DNA of 64,000 nucleotides from Candidatus Poribacteria bacterium (GCA_963665235.2 CAXXLX010000001.1:2432001-2496000); one strand, 5' to 3'; positions 30,510-42,257 are shown, numbered from the stretch's first letter. Notes: generated by a model from the sequence alone, not told the origin. Translations and numbers: made by a program.

Positions 30510-31460
30510 ATGACGCAATTCGCTTGTATTTTTCCAGGGCAAGGGTCACAGAAAGTCGGCATGGGTGTTGACTTAGCACGAAACTCTACCATTGCTCATG
30601 AGGTTTTTCATACGGCAGACGTAACTTTAGACAAACCGATAACCCGCCTCTGTTTTGAGGGGCCGGAAATGGAACTAAAGCGGACAGAAAATACGCAACT
30701 TGCTGTTTTAACATGTAGCGTTGCAGCGTGGCATGCGCTAGTACAATTCAATGTCGCGCCGAAGGTGGTCGCGGGGCATAGTTTAGGCGAATACGCGGCA
30801 CTTGTGGCGGCCGGTGTCCTCAGTTTTGCTGATGCGCTGCGATTGGTAGATGCACGGGCACAATTCATGGCAGAAGCGAGTGAAGCACAAAGCGGCACAA
30901 TGGCTGCAATTCTCGGAATGGAAACTGAAAAACTTCAGCAGCTCTGTGAGAAGGTAGAAGGTGTGGTGAACATTGCCAATTACAACTGCCCCGGGCAATT
31001 GGTAATTTCAGGGGAGGTTGAAGCAGTCAATCAGGTCATCGAACTTGCTAAAGCTGACATCGGTGCAAGACGTTGTCGGCTGCTGCCGGTGAGTGGGGCA
31101 TTTCATTCGCCGTTGATGGCATCAGCACAGCAGAGGTTTCGAGAAACGCTTAGCACTGTAGCGTTGAAACCGCCTCATATAGGTATTGTGATGAACGTTA
31201 CGGGAGAATTTGCAACAGATGTCGATACCATCCGAGAGCTCCTATTTGAGCAGATAACACAGCCTGTCCAATGGGAAAAATCTCTGCACACTATTGCGAA
31301 AACCGGTATTTCCCATTTTGTGGAGGTCGGTCCTGGGAAGGTCTTGTGTGGGTTAGTCAACCGTACGCTCCCTGAAAGCAGTGTAATGAACGTTGAAGAT
31401 GCCAAAAGTCTTGAGGACACGCTCAAAAAGATTATCGGAGAGGAGGAGCCGCCTGCGTAG
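30510..31460 (+). CDS. fabD: Malonyl-CoA:ACP transacylase
   Basis: FPGQGSQ, GHSLGEY, VSGAFHS. Confidence 0.96.
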   Translation: MTQFACIFPGQGSQKVGMGVDLARNSTIAHEVFHTADVTLDKPITRLCFEGPEMELKRTENTQLAVLTCSVAAWHALVQFNVAPKVVAGHSLGEYAALVAAGVLSFADALRLVDARAQFMAEASEAQSGTMAAILGMETEKLQQLCEKVEGVVNIANYNCPGQLVISGEVEAVNQVIELAKADIGARRCRLLPVSGAFHSPLMASAQQRFRETLSTVALKPPHIGIVMNVTGEFATDVDTIRELLFEQITQPVQWEKSLHTIAKTGISHFVEVGPGKVLCGLVNRTLPESSVMNVEDAKSLEDTLKKIIGEEEPPA

Positions 31461-31485
31461 GCAGGATCGGTATTTGAGGAAAAAT

Positions 31486-32259
31486 ATGACTGCGGAATAT
31501 AAGTGTCCCTTTAGGGATGACATACTTAGAGGAAAGACAGCAATTGTTACAGGGGCATCGCGCGGTATTGGTGCTGCGATTGCCCGTACACTTTGTGAAG
31601 CCGGTGCGAACGTTGTACTCTGCTCGCGTTCTGCAGAGGCGGTCACCCAGGTCGCCGATACGTTGAAAGGTGAAGGCTATACCGCTGTCGCCACCGCTGC
31701 GGACATCTCCAAAAAATCGGATGTTGAGGGACTCATCCAGGGGGCACTTGACCAGTTTGCGCAGCTCGACATCCTTGTGAATAACGCTGGAATTACCCGC
31801 GATACGTTGCTGATGCGTCTCAAAGATGCCGATTGGGAGGCAGTCTTGCAAACCAACCTTACAGGCACTATGTATTGTACGCGCGCGGTCCTGCGGCCTA
31901 TGATACGGCAGAAGAGCGGACGAATTATCAACATTTCGTCAGTTGTTGGCCTTGTGGGAAATGCCGGACAAGCGAGTTACGCTGCGGCGAAAGCGGGCCT
32001 CCTTGGTTTTACGAAGACGATTGCAAAAGAGGTCGGTGCACGTGGCATTACCGTGAATGCTATTGCCCCAGGCTTTATTACGACCGACATGACGGCGCAA
32101 ATACCGGAAAAGAATCAGCAACAACTTCTTGACCTGATTCCCTTACGGCATTTTGGTAGCCCAGAAGATGTGGCAGATGCTGTCTGCTTTTTAGCATCTG
32201 ATGCCGCACGTTATATCACCGGTCAAACGTTTCAAGTTGACGGTGGGATGGTGATGTAA
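31486..32259 (+). CDS. fabG: 3-oxoacyl-ACP reductase
   Basis: TGASRGIG, NNAGITRD, YAAAK, VDGGM; ATG at 31486 follows GAGG. Confidence 0.95.
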   Translation: MTAEYKCPFRDDILRGKTAIVTGASRGIGAAIARTLCEAGANVVLCSRSAEAVTQVADTLKGEGYTAVATAADISKKSDVEGLIQGALDQFAQLDILVNNAGITRDTLLMRLKDADWEAVLQTNLTGTMYCTRAVLRPMIRQKSGRIINISSVVGLVGNAGQASYAAAKAGLLGFTKTIAKEVGARGITVNAIAPGFITTDMTAQIPEKNQQQLLDLIPLRHFGSPEDVADAVCFLASDAARYITGQTFQVDGGMVM

Positions 32260-32370
32260 CGGAGATAGTTGACGGAGCCACTCCGTCCTTATGAAATAGA
32301 TGCGGGTGAACCCAGCAAAACGAATTGCTGTTGATTCAACCGCCTAGCTGAGAGGAGATTAAAATCAATT

Positions 32371-32616
32371 ATGGCAACAACTCTGCAAGAAAATGAAGAA
32401 CGACTTATTGAAATTATTTCTGACCAACTCGGTGTTGATGCTGATAGCGTAACACCCGATTCTTCTTTTATGGAAGACCTTGGGGCAGATTCATTGGATA
32501 CCGTCGAATTGGTCATGGCACTTGAAGAAGAGTTTGAAATTGAAATACCGGACAGCGATGCTGAAAAGATTCAGACCGTTCAAGATGCCCTCAACTACTT
32601 AGACGAACACGTATAG
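32371..32616 (+). CDS. acpP: Acyl carrier protein
   Basis: [20 protein letters not shown]. Confidence 0.97.
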   Translation: MATTLQENEERLIEIISDQLGVDADSVTPDSSFMEDLGADSLDTVELVMALEEEFEIEIPDSDAEKIQTVQDALNYLDEHV

Positions 32617-32704
32617 GTTCGCATGTTCTGATAACTCCCAGGGGGCTGTAGCTACGTGCTATAAGCCCTCTTCACTCACTTTACTTGAAAAAAGGATTGG
32701 TCTC

Positions 32705-33943
32705 GTGGAACGTGTAGTTATTACAGGAATCGGTGTTGTCAATGCAATTGGTAACACGAAGGAAGAATATTGGGATGCCCTCGCTAGCGGTAAAAACGGA
32801 GTTGGCCCTTTAACGTATTTTGATGCCACCGATTACCGGACCCGGATTGCCGCTGAAGTTAAAAACTTTCAAGCGGAAAAATATCTCGATAGGAAAGCGG
32901 TATCCCGTTTCCCACTTTTCATTCAGTATGCAATTGCCGCTGCTATGATGGCACATGAAGATTCAGGACTGGACCTGTCGAACGTAGACCCGTACCGGGC
33001 AGGTGTGCAAATTGGGGCGGGTGTTGGTGGTATCGGTGTGCTTGAAGAGAACGTGGCAATCCTTCTTGATAAGGGGCCTAAACGCGTCAGTCCATTTCTT
33101 GTGCCATTTATGATTATTAACATGGCATCGGGACAGGTGTCTATCCAATTTAACCTTAGGGGGCCAAATTCTGCTTCTGTTACGGCTTGTGCCTCTTCCA
33201 ACCATTCGGTGGGTGAATCATTTCGGTTGATTCAACGCGGGGATGTGGATGTAATGTTTACCGGTGGTGCTGAGTCTGCTATTACGCCTTCGGCTTTTGC
33301 GGGGTTCTGCTCAATGCGTGCGATGTCTGAGCGTAACGATGAACCCGAACGCGCCTCTCGTCCCTTCAACAAAGACCGTGATGGATTTGTAATGGGAGAT
33401 GGAGCTGGTATGCTTATCCTTGAATCGCTTGAGCATGCTAAAAAACGCGGGGCATATATTTATGCGGAGATAGTCGGTTTCGGCATGACTTCGGATGCAC
33501 ACGATATGGTGAGCCCGCCTGAAAACGGTGAAGGTGCAGCCAAAGCGATGGAATTCGCACTCAAGGACGCACAACTTCCGGTTGATGCTGTGGATTATAT
33601 CAGTGCACACGGAACTTCCACGCCCATCGGTGATGTCGCGGAAACGAATGCTATTAAATTGCTTTTCGCGGAACACGCCTACAAAATTCCGGTCAGTTCC
33701 ACGAAATCTATGGTCGGACATCTGCTCGGGGCAGCAGGGGCAGTAGAACTCATCGCCTGCCTTGGCGGAATGGAAAAAGGGTTTCTACCACCGACCCTCA
33801 ACTACGAGGTCCCAGATGAAGCATGCGATCTGGATTATGTGCCGAATGAGGCGCGTGAAGCAAAAATAGAGGTGGCACTCTCCAACGCATTCGGTTTTGG
33901 CGGACATAACACCTCTATCGCTATCCGAAAATTTTCCGGTTAA
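32705..33943 (+). CDS. fabF: Beta-ketoacyl-ACP synthase II
   Basis: [26 protein letters not shown]. Confidence 0.96.
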   Translation: MERVVITGIGVVNAIGNTKEEYWDALASGKNGVGPLTYFDATDYRTRIAAEVKNFQAEKYLDRKAVSRFPLFIQYAIAAAMMAHEDSGLDLSNVDPYRAGVQIGAGVGGIGVLEENVAILLDKGPKRVSPFLVPFMIINMASGQVSIQFNLRGPNSASVTACASSNHSVGESFRLIQRGDVDVMFTGGAESAITPSAFAGFCSMRAMSERNDEPERASRPFNKDRDGFVMGDGAGMLILESLEHAKKRGAYIYAEIVGFGMTSDAHDMVSPPENGEGAAKAMEFALKDAQLPVDAVDYISAHGTSTPIGDVAETNAIKLLFAEHAYKIPVSSTKSMVGHLLGAAGAVELIACLGGMEKGFLPPTLNYEVPDEACDLDYVPNEAREAKIEVALSNAFGFGGHNTSIAIRKFSG

Positions 33944-33951
33944 ATCACGGC

Positions 33952-34494
33952 ATGTCGGAGCATGCCTACTACTTTCTTGTGCATTTAGCGTACATCGGCT
34001 TTGGAAGCAACATCGGCGATAGGCTTTCGTCCATCCAGAAGGCCATCAATGCCTTATCACTAGTGGAGGAAATCGTGTTAAAAAAGATTTCCTCCCTTTA
34101 CAAAACTGCCCCGGTCGGATATGAAGCGCAGGCGGATTTCCTAAACGGGGTTGTTGCAATCGAAACAAGCCTTTCCCCTTACCCTCTGCTCCATACTTTA
34201 AAAGACATCGAAACTGCTGTTGGCAGAAAACACCGTGCCCGCTGGGGACCGAGAGAAATCGACCTAGATATCTTAATCTATGGAGACATATCCCTGCAAA
34301 CCTCGGACCTGACTATCCCGCATCCAGAGATGCATCTTCGCCATTTTGTGCTGGTACCGCTGATAGAAATTGCGCCGGCCCTTGTGCATCCTGTTTTCAA
34401 AGAGCCCATCCAAGTGCTACTCAGTCGCCTTGGAGAGGATAGGTCTGTTGTGAAAGCAGAAGATTCTGTTTTGTCGACTTGTCTTTCATGTTAA
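33952..34494 (+). CDS. folK: 2-amino-4-hydroxy-6-hydroxymethyldihydropteridine diphosphokinase (start may be GTG 33979)
   Basis: [27 protein letters not shown]. Confidence 0.93.
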   Translation: MSEHAYYFLVHLAYIGFGSNIGDRLSSIQKAINALSLVEEIVLKKISSLYKTAPVGYEAQADFLNGVVAIETSLSPYPLLHTLKDIETAVGRKHRARWGPREIDLDILIYGDISLQTSDLTIPHPEMHLRHFVLVPLIEIAPALVHPVFKEPIQVLLSRLGEDRSVVKAEDSVLSTCLSC

Positions 34495-34733
34495 TCAAGG
34501 GGGGTTCAAAATCAAGATAGGCCCTGCCTACGCTCATACCCCAAATGTCGCCTGGGCACCTAATAAACGGTGGCGAGCTACATGATAGATTGATACATAA
34601 GTACAAAATGTTTGCACACCCTGAGAAAATAAAAAAGTTGCTATTATTATTCAAGCATGGTATAATCTTTAAAATATCACACGTTGACGCATGCATGAAA
34701 GTCAAAGGAATTTTACGGGATATAGGAAAAGAA

Positions 34734-35918
34734 ATGAACATTCATGAATACCAGGCAAAAGAAATTTTAGAATCCTTCGGGGTGAATACACTCCCCGGCG
34801 AAGTTGCTGGAACCACTGAAGAAGCGGAAGCTGTCGCGAGAAAAATCGATTGTGCTAGATATGTTGTCAAAGCGCAAATTCATGCAGGCGGACGCGGAAA
34901 AGGCGGCGGTGTCAAACTTGCAAACACTGTCGATGAAGTTAAACAGCATGCCGACACGATGCTCGGAATGCAGCTCGTGACACCGCAGACCGGCCCCGAA
35001 GGAAAACGCGTCAGAAAAGTCCTAATTGCTGAAGCCGTTGAGATACAGAAAGAGTTCTACCTCGCTATATTGCTTGACCGGGAAACATCAAAGCTCACTC
35101 TCATCGGCAGTGAAGAGGGGGGTGTCAATATCGAGGAGGTTGCAGCCCAAACGCCTGCAAAGATTATTCGGGCAAAGATTCATCCCGCCTTTGGGTTAAC
35201 CGAATTTCACGCCCGGGATTTCGCATACAAATTGATTACAGATACCCGTTACCGGACACTTATTCCGGATGCAACCGCGTTGATTATCTCGCTTTACAAC
35301 GCGTTTCTTGGATATGATTGTTCGCTGATAGAAATTAATCCGTTGGCAATTGTTGGTCAAGCGGATGCCTTAGAAATTGTTGCCCTTGATTCCAAAGTCA
35401 ATCTTGACGACAACGCCCTTTGGCTGCATCCCGATATTTCTGATATGCGTGACCCGCATGAAGAAGACCCTAGCGAATTAGAGGCGAGCGAATCCGGCTT
35501 AAGCTACATCCGCCTTGATGGTAATATCGGGTGTATGGTGAACGGCGCAGGATTGGCTATGGCAACGATGGATATTATCAAACAGAAAGGGGGCGAGCCG
35601 GCGAACTTTCTTGATGTTGGAGGTGGTGCATCCGTTGAAGCTGTCGCGCATGCCTTCCGGCTTATCCTTGCCGATGAAAACGTAAAGGCTGTGCTCGTCA
35701 ATATCTTCGGGGGCATTATGAAATGCGACACTATCGCTACCGGTATTGTTGAGGCAGCAAAGCAGGTTGCGCTCAACGTGCCCCTTGTTGTCCGGTTAGA
35801 GGGGACAAACGTGGAACTCGGAAAACGAATTATTTCGGAATCGGAGCTGAATCTCCAGTTAGCGGAGGGGCTTTCTGAGGCAGCTGAACTCGCGGTAACC
35901 GCAGCAAATACTGCATAA
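34734..35918 (+). CDS. sucC: Succinyl-CoA ligase beta subunit
   Basis: MNIHEYQAK, GGRGKGGGV, NGAGLAMATMD, NFLDVGG. Confidence 0.96.
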   Translation: MNIHEYQAKEILESFGVNTLPGEVAGTTEEAEAVARKIDCARYVVKAQIHAGGRGKGGGVKLANTVDEVKQHADTMLGMQLVTPQTGPEGKRVRKVLIAEAVEIQKEFYLAILLDRETSKLTLIGSEEGGVNIEEVAAQTPAKIIRAKIHPAFGLTEFHARDFAYKLITDTRYRTLIPDATALIISLYNAFLGYDCSLIEINPLAIVGQADALEIVALDSKVNLDDNALWLHPDISDMRDPHEEDPSELEASESGLSYIRLDGNIGCMVNGAGLAMATMDIIKQKGGEPANFLDVGGGASVEAVAHAFRLILADENVKAVLVNIFGGIMKCDTIATGIVEAAKQVALNVPLVVRLEGTNVELGKRIISESELNLQLAEGLSEAAELAVTAANTA

Positions 35919-35940
35919 ATCTATTTTGTATACAAACAAT

Positions 35941-36942
35941 ATGAGAAACAATCGACGGCGAAGACGCACCACATCTGATGAGATAAATTTACCGCATCAA
36001 CAATACGACTTTGTGACGAGAAACCTGTTTTATGTCTTTCCTACAGATATGCTGGACCTCGCCATGAAGGGCAAGAATTACCAATTTGTCGAACATGTTG
36101 ACAGCGAATTAGTCTCTGTGGAAGCACGCACAATGGACATTTTGCTAAAGGTGTTGCTCGATGGAAAATATGTCTTAGTTCATTTTGAAATACAGACAGG
36201 CGATAGCGTGCACCCAAACATGGTAAGGCGGAATGTGGGGTATATCGGTAGATGCTATGAAAGATATGGGCTCCCTATTTACTCCTTTGTGATTTATCTC
36301 AATGAAGACGCAGGCAAAAAGGATGCGGGGGGGTATATCCAAGATGTGCCAGGACACCGTCTCATCGTTGAGTATAAGGTGATACGGCTGAGCCAGATTG
36401 ATGGTGAGGCGATACTTGAGACAAAGCAGCCCGGATTAATGCCGCTCACTCCGTTGATGCGCCCGCCTAAAGATATGTCAGCCTTGGAGTGGACGACTCG
36501 TTGTATTGAAGTGACGAAAACACTTGATATAGATGTGGACTTAAGGAATAATTTACTTGTGGAACAGTGGGTATTGAGCGGTTTGCGTCACGATCGGCAA
36601 TCGCTCCTAGATTCATTATCGGAGGATATTTTGAACAATTCATCTATTTACGACCTGATTATTGAACGTGGCGTGGAACGCGGTCGGCAAGAAGGCATTG
36701 AAGAGGGTCGGCAAGAAGGCATTGAAGAGGGCCGGCAGCTCGGTGCGAAAGAAAGCACTATTGAAAACATCCTCGGTTTACTCGACCGGCGTTTCAAAAT
36801 GGACACTGCGCCTGCTTTGACATCTCTGCTTGAACCGATTGATGATCTGCAACGTCTCCGTCAACTATTTTACGAAGCGTTAGACGTAGTGCATTTGGAG
36901 GATTTCATCCGAACGGTAACGGAAGGCAATGGGGCACAGTAA
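35941..36942 (+). CDS. Rpn/YhgA-like PD-(D/E)XK putative nuclease/transposase
   Basis: RTMD...LVHFEIQ motif; EEGRQEGI 24-bp tandem repeats near the C-terminus. Confidence 0.75.
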   Translation: MRNNRRRRRTTSDEINLPHQQYDFVTRNLFYVFPTDMLDLAMKGKNYQFVEHVDSELVSVEARTMDILLKVLLDGKYVLVHFEIQTGDSVHPNMVRRNVGYIGRCYERYGLPIYSFVIYLNEDAGKKDAGGYIQDVPGHRLIVEYKVIRLSQIDGEAILETKQPGLMPLTPLMRPPKDMSALEWTTRCIEVTKTLDIDVDLRNNLLVEQWVLSGLRHDRQSLLDSLSEDILNNSSIYDLIIERGVERGRQEGIEEGRQEGIEEGRQLGAKESTIENILGLLDRRFKMDTAPALTSLLEPIDDLQRLRQLFYEALDVVHLEDFIRTVTEGNGAQ

Positions 36943-36985
36943 TCCGAAAACCTAATTGATTAAGCGTTTCAAACACGAAAGAAAA

Positions 36986-38177
36986 ATGGCAAAACTACAA
37001 TTAACGGATATAAACGTAGCTGACAAACGGGTTCTCGTGCGCGTGGATTTTAACGTGCCACTGAAAGATGGTAAAATTACGGATGAAACCCGTATTACCG
37101 CTGCTTTGCCTACCCTGCTAGACCTCATTCACAGGGGGGCGAAAACCGTTCTCGTCACACATTTAGGCAGACCAACAGTTGGGGCATCTGCTGAACGCGA
37201 GGCTCTTTCTACTGCGCCAATTGCTATAGCACTTAGCCAAAAACTAGGCAAACGGGTCGCCCATGTTGACGATTGCATCGGTGAAACTGTGGAAAATGCT
37301 GTTGAGTCGTTGGAGAGTGGCGAAGTTTTGCTCCTTGAGAACGTCCGATTTTACGCTGAAGAGATAGATAACGACCCGGAGTTTGCAAAGCAGCTTGCGT
37401 CTCTCGCTGAAGTCTATGTCAACGATGCCTTCGGCACTGCACACCGTGCCCATGCTTCAACGGAAGGGAGTGACACATTACTTAACACCGTGCGTTGCGG
37501 GTTTGCTTATGGCACGCGAAATTCATTATCTCAGCATGACCCTTGAAAATCCTGAACGCCCATACGTAGCGATTCTTGGCGGTGCAAAAATATCGGATAA
37601 AATCACACTGATTGAGAAGCTATTAGGAAAAGTTGATACGTTGCTTATCGGTGGGGGTATGGCTTACACGTTCCTCTCTGCCATGGGCGTTGCTACTGGC
37701 AATTCGCTCGTTGAAACGGAGAAACTTGACGTAGCGGCATCCCTTATTGAGATGGAAGGTTTTTCAGATACCGTGCTCCTTCCGGCCGATCATGTTGTTG
37801 GGCGCGCGTTTGCACCTGATACTGAATTAAGGATTGTTGACGATGTGCATATCGCCGAAGGGTGGCAAGGATTGGATATCGGTCCCAAAACCGTCGCTGC
37901 CTTTAGTGAACAGCTCGCTTCCGCGAAAACGGTAGTGTGGAACGGTCCTTTAGGCGTTTACGAATTTGAAAAGTTTGCTCAAGGCACAATTGCGATTGCA
38001 AAACAGATTGCCGCCGCTGAAGCGACAAGCATTATCGGCGGCGGGGACTGCGTTGCAGCGATACAGCAGGCTGGTGTCGCCGATCGGATAACACATGTTT
38101 CCACTGGTGGCGGTGCATCATTAGAATTTTTAGAGGGTAAACCTTTGCCCGGAATTACGGCATTAACTGATAAATAG
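36986..38177 (+). CDS. pgk: Phosphoglycerate kinase, split by a +1 frameshift at about 37465 (likely sequencing error)
   Basis: [27 protein letters not shown] in the first frame; [21 protein letters not shown] in the second. Confidence 0.9.
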
Positions 38178-38200
38178 CCAAAAACCGAAACGGTAAAAAT

Positions 38201-39642
38201 ATGTTTGATAAAATTACACCCCGTAGTGAAGACTACTCAAAATGGTATACGCAGGTCATCCAGCAAGCCGAGATGGCAGATTACGCACCTGTGCGCGGGT
38301 GCATGGTAGTGCGTCCTTACGGTTACGCGCTCTGGGAAAATGTTAAGGAGCAACTGGATACCCGCTTTAAAGAGACAGGACACCAGAACGCTGCCTTTCC
38401 GCTTTTCATTCCGATGAGTTTCATTGAGAAAGAGGCAGAACACGTCGAAGGTTTCAAACCTGAACTGGCGGTTGTCACCCACGGTGGCGGAAAGAAATTG
38501 GAGGAGCCGCTCGTTGTCCGTCCGACATCTGAAACGATTATCGGCTATATGTATAGTCGGTGGATTCAATCCTATCGTGATCTCCCCGTGCTTATCAATC
38601 AGTGGGCGAACGTGGTGCGATGGGAGTTGCGTCCCCGTCTTTTCCTCCGAACGATGGAGTTCTTCTGGCAAGAGGGGCACACCGCGCATGCAACACATGC
38701 GGAAGCGGAAGAAGAAACACTTCGCATCCTTGACATTTATACCGATTTTGCAGTCAATGAAGCGGCAATACCTGTCATCCCCGGACGCAAAAGTGAAAAC
38801 GAAAAGTTTCCCGGTGCCGTGACTTCCTATACCATTGAAGCGATGATGGGGGATAAACGCGCTGCCCAAGCAGGTACAACACACGACCTCGGGCAAAACT
38901 TCGCCAAAGCGTTTGATATCCAATACCTCGACGCGAATCAGAAACAGCAGCACTGTTGGACAACCAGTTGGGGGGTTAGTACACGGATGATCGGCGTGAT
39001 TATCATGGCGCATGGCGATGACCAAGGTTTAGTTCTGCCGCCACGACTTGCCCCCACACAACTTGTTATCGTGCCAATTGTTCCGAAAAACAGGGACGCA
39101 GCAAAACAGGCAGTCGAACAAACCGTTGCGGCAATTTGTGAAACTTTAGGCGACATCCGATACCATGTTGATGACCGATATGAGTATTCACCCGGTTGGC
39201 GTTTCAACGAATGGGAACTCAAAGGCGTGCCTCTGCGGATTGAGATTGGTCCACGCGATATTGAAAACGAACAGGTTGTCTTTGCCAGACGCGATATGCC
39301 CGGTAAGGATGGCAAAACGTTTGTGCCAATTGCCGAGGTTGCCGAGACAGCAACGCAGCTGCTCGACACAATTCAGGCGGATATGCTCAGACGAGCAACG
39401 GAATTCCGAGATGCAAACACTTTTGAACCGACAGATTACGACTCTTACGACTCCTTTAAGGCGTGTGTCGAGAAAGGGTTTGTACGCGCATGGTGGTGCG
39501 GAAATGCTGAATGTGAAGATAAGGTCAAAACGGATGTGCGACTATCCGATGTATTCCGATGGAGCAGCCCGGTGGCGATGGTGAGTGTATTGTCTGTGGG
39601 ACGCAAGCGGAAGAGCTTGCAATTTTTTCACGGGCATACTAA
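38201..39642 (+). CDS. proS: Proline-tRNA ligase (archaeal/eukaryote-like type), frameshift at about 39535
   Basis: VRPTSET, FLRTMEFFWQEGHT, SWGVSTR; expected end ATIRCIP...CIVC...FSRAY* is in another frame. Confidence 0.93.
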
Positions 39643-39730
39643 ATCAAAGACAATCGAAAATGTGGAAAACTAAATGACCCTGACCCCTGGTTTTAATATA
39701 ATACCATTTCTAATTGAAAATGTCTCTTTC

Positions 39731-39939
39731 TTGTAGCATAAACTTCCAGTTTGTGCGGTTCTTGTAGCATAAACTTCCAGTTTGTGCGATTCTTGTAGCA
39801 TAAACTTTTAGTTTGTGCGGTTCTTGTAGCATAAACTTCCAGTTTGTGCGATTCTTGTAGCATAAACTTTTAGTTTGTGCGGTTCTTGTAGCATAAACTT
39901 CCAGTTTGTGCGATTCTTGTAGCATAAACTTCCAGTTTG
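39731..39939. repeat. Tandem array, about 7 x 31-bp palindromic unit
   Basis: TTGTAGCATAAACTT(CC/TT)AGTTTGTGCG(G/A)TTC; bounded by inverted ATACCATTT / AAATGGTAT at 39701 and 40005. Confidence 0.93.
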
Positions 39940-40019
39940 GGTCTTCCGTTCTCCGTTTCATTTCTAAACAACCGGTAATGATAGAATAATTAATAAAAAT
40001 GGTATAAGAAGGACTCGAC

Positions 40020-42080
40020 ATGCGCTACACATCACAGCAAGATGATTGGTTAGTTCAACCCTTTTGCCAACCCGCTTCAATCCAAGAAACGGACAATCAG
40101 CTTATTCTTGAGAATGGGCTCATTCAGCGAAGGTTCGTCACCGCACCGAATTTCGCTACGGTGGATTATGCCAATCAAATTACGGAGAGCAGTCTGCTTC
40201 GTGGCATCAAACCGGAGGCAGTCCTGACAATTGATGGACAGGAATTTGAGGTGGGCGGTTTGAAAGGACAGCCCGACTACGCTTATCTTGATTCGGAGTG
40301 GATTGCGGACTTGACCAGTGACGAGAACGCGTTTCAATTTCGCGAATATCGAGTCGGTAAACCTGAACCCCCCTATCCATGGGTTCAAAGACGTTCTAAT
40401 ACATCGTCAGTCTATCCGCCAGAGGGTGTGACGCTGACGGTTGTGTTTTCATCGCCTCCATCCGCCGACTCGCTTCAGGTTTGTGTGCATTATGAACTAT
40501 ACCAAGGCATTCCCGTACTCGCCAAGTGGATTACTGTTCACAATGAGAGTCAAAAACCGATTCAACTGGATACCTTAAGCTGTGAAATTCTTGCTGTCAA
40601 CGAGCAGGAGAAACATCGGCTGCATGTTGAGAGCGATTATGCTTTCAGTGGTATGGAAACGACACAGTGGGGACCAGATGCGGATTACAAGACGCAGGTC
40701 GATTATCACTATCGGATGCCGCTGTTGATGACAAGCCGCTATCCACTCGGTCCGGGGGTATCCCTTCAACCGGGCGAGACCTTCAAGAGTTTTCGCACCT
40801 TTGAGATTCTGCATGATAGCGATGACCGCGAGCGAAAAGGGCTTGCACGTCGCAAGATGTATCGCACGGTTGCACCGCAGGTCACGGAAAATCCAATCCT
40901 CATGCACGTTCGGAGTGCTCAACCTGAGGCAGTCCGTTTGGCAATCGAGCAGTGCGCTGAGGTCGGATTTGAGATGGTGATTATGACCTTCGGGAGCGGT
41001 TTCAATGTTGAGAGCGAAGACCCGGAATATATCGCTACAATGAAGGAATTGGCAGATTATGCCCATCAAAAAGGTATTCAGCTCGGGGGGTATACGTTGA
41101 TGTGTGCTTCGCGAGGGGTGGGTGAAGACTTCAACTGTATTGACCCAGACACCGGGCAACCCGGCAGTAAGTTTGGACAGAGTGCTTGTCTTGCAAGCAG
41201 CTGGGCAGATGGTTATGTCCAACGCGTGCTGAATTTCATGGATGCAACCGGGATGGATGTCATAGAGACAGATGGCCCGTATCATGGCGATGTTTGTGCT
41301 TCAACAACGCACGCCCATCATAACAGCTTGGCGGATTCGCAGTTGCGGCAGTGGGAAACGTGTGTGAGTTTTTATCACGAGTGCCGAAAACGCGGTATCT
41401 ATATCAATTCGCCAGATTTGTATTACCTCAACGGTTCGAACAAATGCGGTATGGGGTATCGAGAAACGAATTTCAGTTTGCCTCGCGAGCGGCAAATTTT
41501 AATCGCCCGGCAGAATATCTACGATGCGACATTCGAAAAAACGCCGAGTATGGGATGGATGTTTGTCCCGTTGGTGGAATATCACGGCGGTGGACAAGCC
41601 GCAACATTTGAACCGCTTTGTGAACACCTCGATGACTATGAAGCACATCTTGCACAGAACTTCGGGAGTGGCGTGATTGCGTGCTATCGCGGGCCTCGCC
41701 TTTTTGACACGGAACAGACGAAGGTTGTTGTTAAGAAATGGGTTGACTTCTACAAAAAGTATCGCCCGATATTGGAGTCCGATCTGATTCACGTGCGTCG
41801 TCCAGATGGACGCGCTATCGATTGTGTGCTCCACGCGAACGCGCAAATCAATCCCTGCGGATTAGCGATGCTCTATAATTCTACGAATACGGTGCAACAG
41901 ACTACGCTGAAATTGCCGGTCTATTATACAGGCTTGTCTGAAACTGCTAAGATTCGTGAAAGAGAGGGAGAGCCCACACTGTACAAAATCGACCGAAATT
42001 ACAACATTGAGATTCCAATCAAGATGGAGGCGAAGAGCGTTAGCTATCTCGTTATTGAATCTACAGCAATTAGCAATTAG
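40020..42080 (+). CDS. Putative alpha-galactosidase-like glycoside hydrolase
   Basis: N-terminal beta-sandwich, TIM-barrel segment (ADYAHQKGIQLGGY, ETDGPYHG) like GH27/36 clan. Confidence 0.65.
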   Translation: MRYTSQQDDWLVQPFCQPASIQETDNQLILENGLIQRRFVTAPNFATVDYANQITESSLLRGIKPEAVLTIDGQEFEVGGLKGQPDYAYLDSEWIADLTSDENAFQFREYRVGKPEPPYPWVQRRSNTSSVYPPEGVTLTVVFSSPPSADSLQVCVHYELYQGIPVLAKWITVHNESQKPIQLDTLSCEILAVNEQEKHRLHVESDYAFSGMETTQWGPDADYKTQVDYHYRMPLLMTSRYPLGPGVSLQPGETFKSFRTFEILHDSDDRERKGLARRKMYRTVAPQVTENPILMHVRSAQPEAVRLAIEQCAEVGFEMVIMTFGSGFNVESEDPEYIATMKELADYAHQKGIQLGGYTLMCASRGVGEDFNCIDPDTGQPGSKFGQSACLASSWADGYVQRVLNFMDATGMDVIETDGPYHGDVCASTTHAHHNSLADSQLRQWETCVSFYHECRKRGIYINSPDLYYLNGSNKCGMGYRETNFSLPRERQILIARQNIYDATFEKTPSMGWMFVPLVEYHGGGQAATFEPLCEHLDDYEAHLAQNFGSGVIACYRGPRLFDTEQTKVVVKKWVDFYKKYRPILESDLIHVRRPDGRAIDCVLHANAQINPCGLAMLYNSTNTVQQTTLKLPVYYTGLSETAKIREREGEPTLYKIDRNYNIEIPIKMEAKSVSYLVIESTAISN

Positions 42081-42245
42081 CAATTAGCAATTGGCAAGAG
42101 TTTGTGATTCTAAACAAACTTCTGACGCGCGTCAGAGACCTCCTCCTCTTTCTCTTGTTATAGGTTTCCAACGGTTTCCAATAGCCAACAGCTCGTAGGG
42201 GTTGGGTTTCCCAACCCGCAAATAGCCAACAGTTTCCAACAGCAT
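42065..42245. repeat. Heptamer repeats (GCAATTA)n with dispersed 60-bp core and a GTAG REP
   Basis: Core recurs inverted at 56662-56720 and, diverged, at about 1240-1293; REP GTAGGGGTTGGGTTTCCCAACCC at 42196. Confidence 0.7.
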
Positions 42246-42257
42246 AAGGAGGTAAAA

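Noticed and set aside
36682-36740. 24-bp tandem repeat in the Rpn-like gene, and an 18-bp duplication (QSKNIR x2) at about 47122-47157
   Set aside because: In-frame coding repeats; EEGxxEG repeats are ordinary for the Rpn family.
36986-39673. pgk and proS as true pseudogenes or programmed frameshifts
   Set aside because: Core genes with otherwise intact motifs and small indels without slippery-site context; most likely sequencing or assembly errors.
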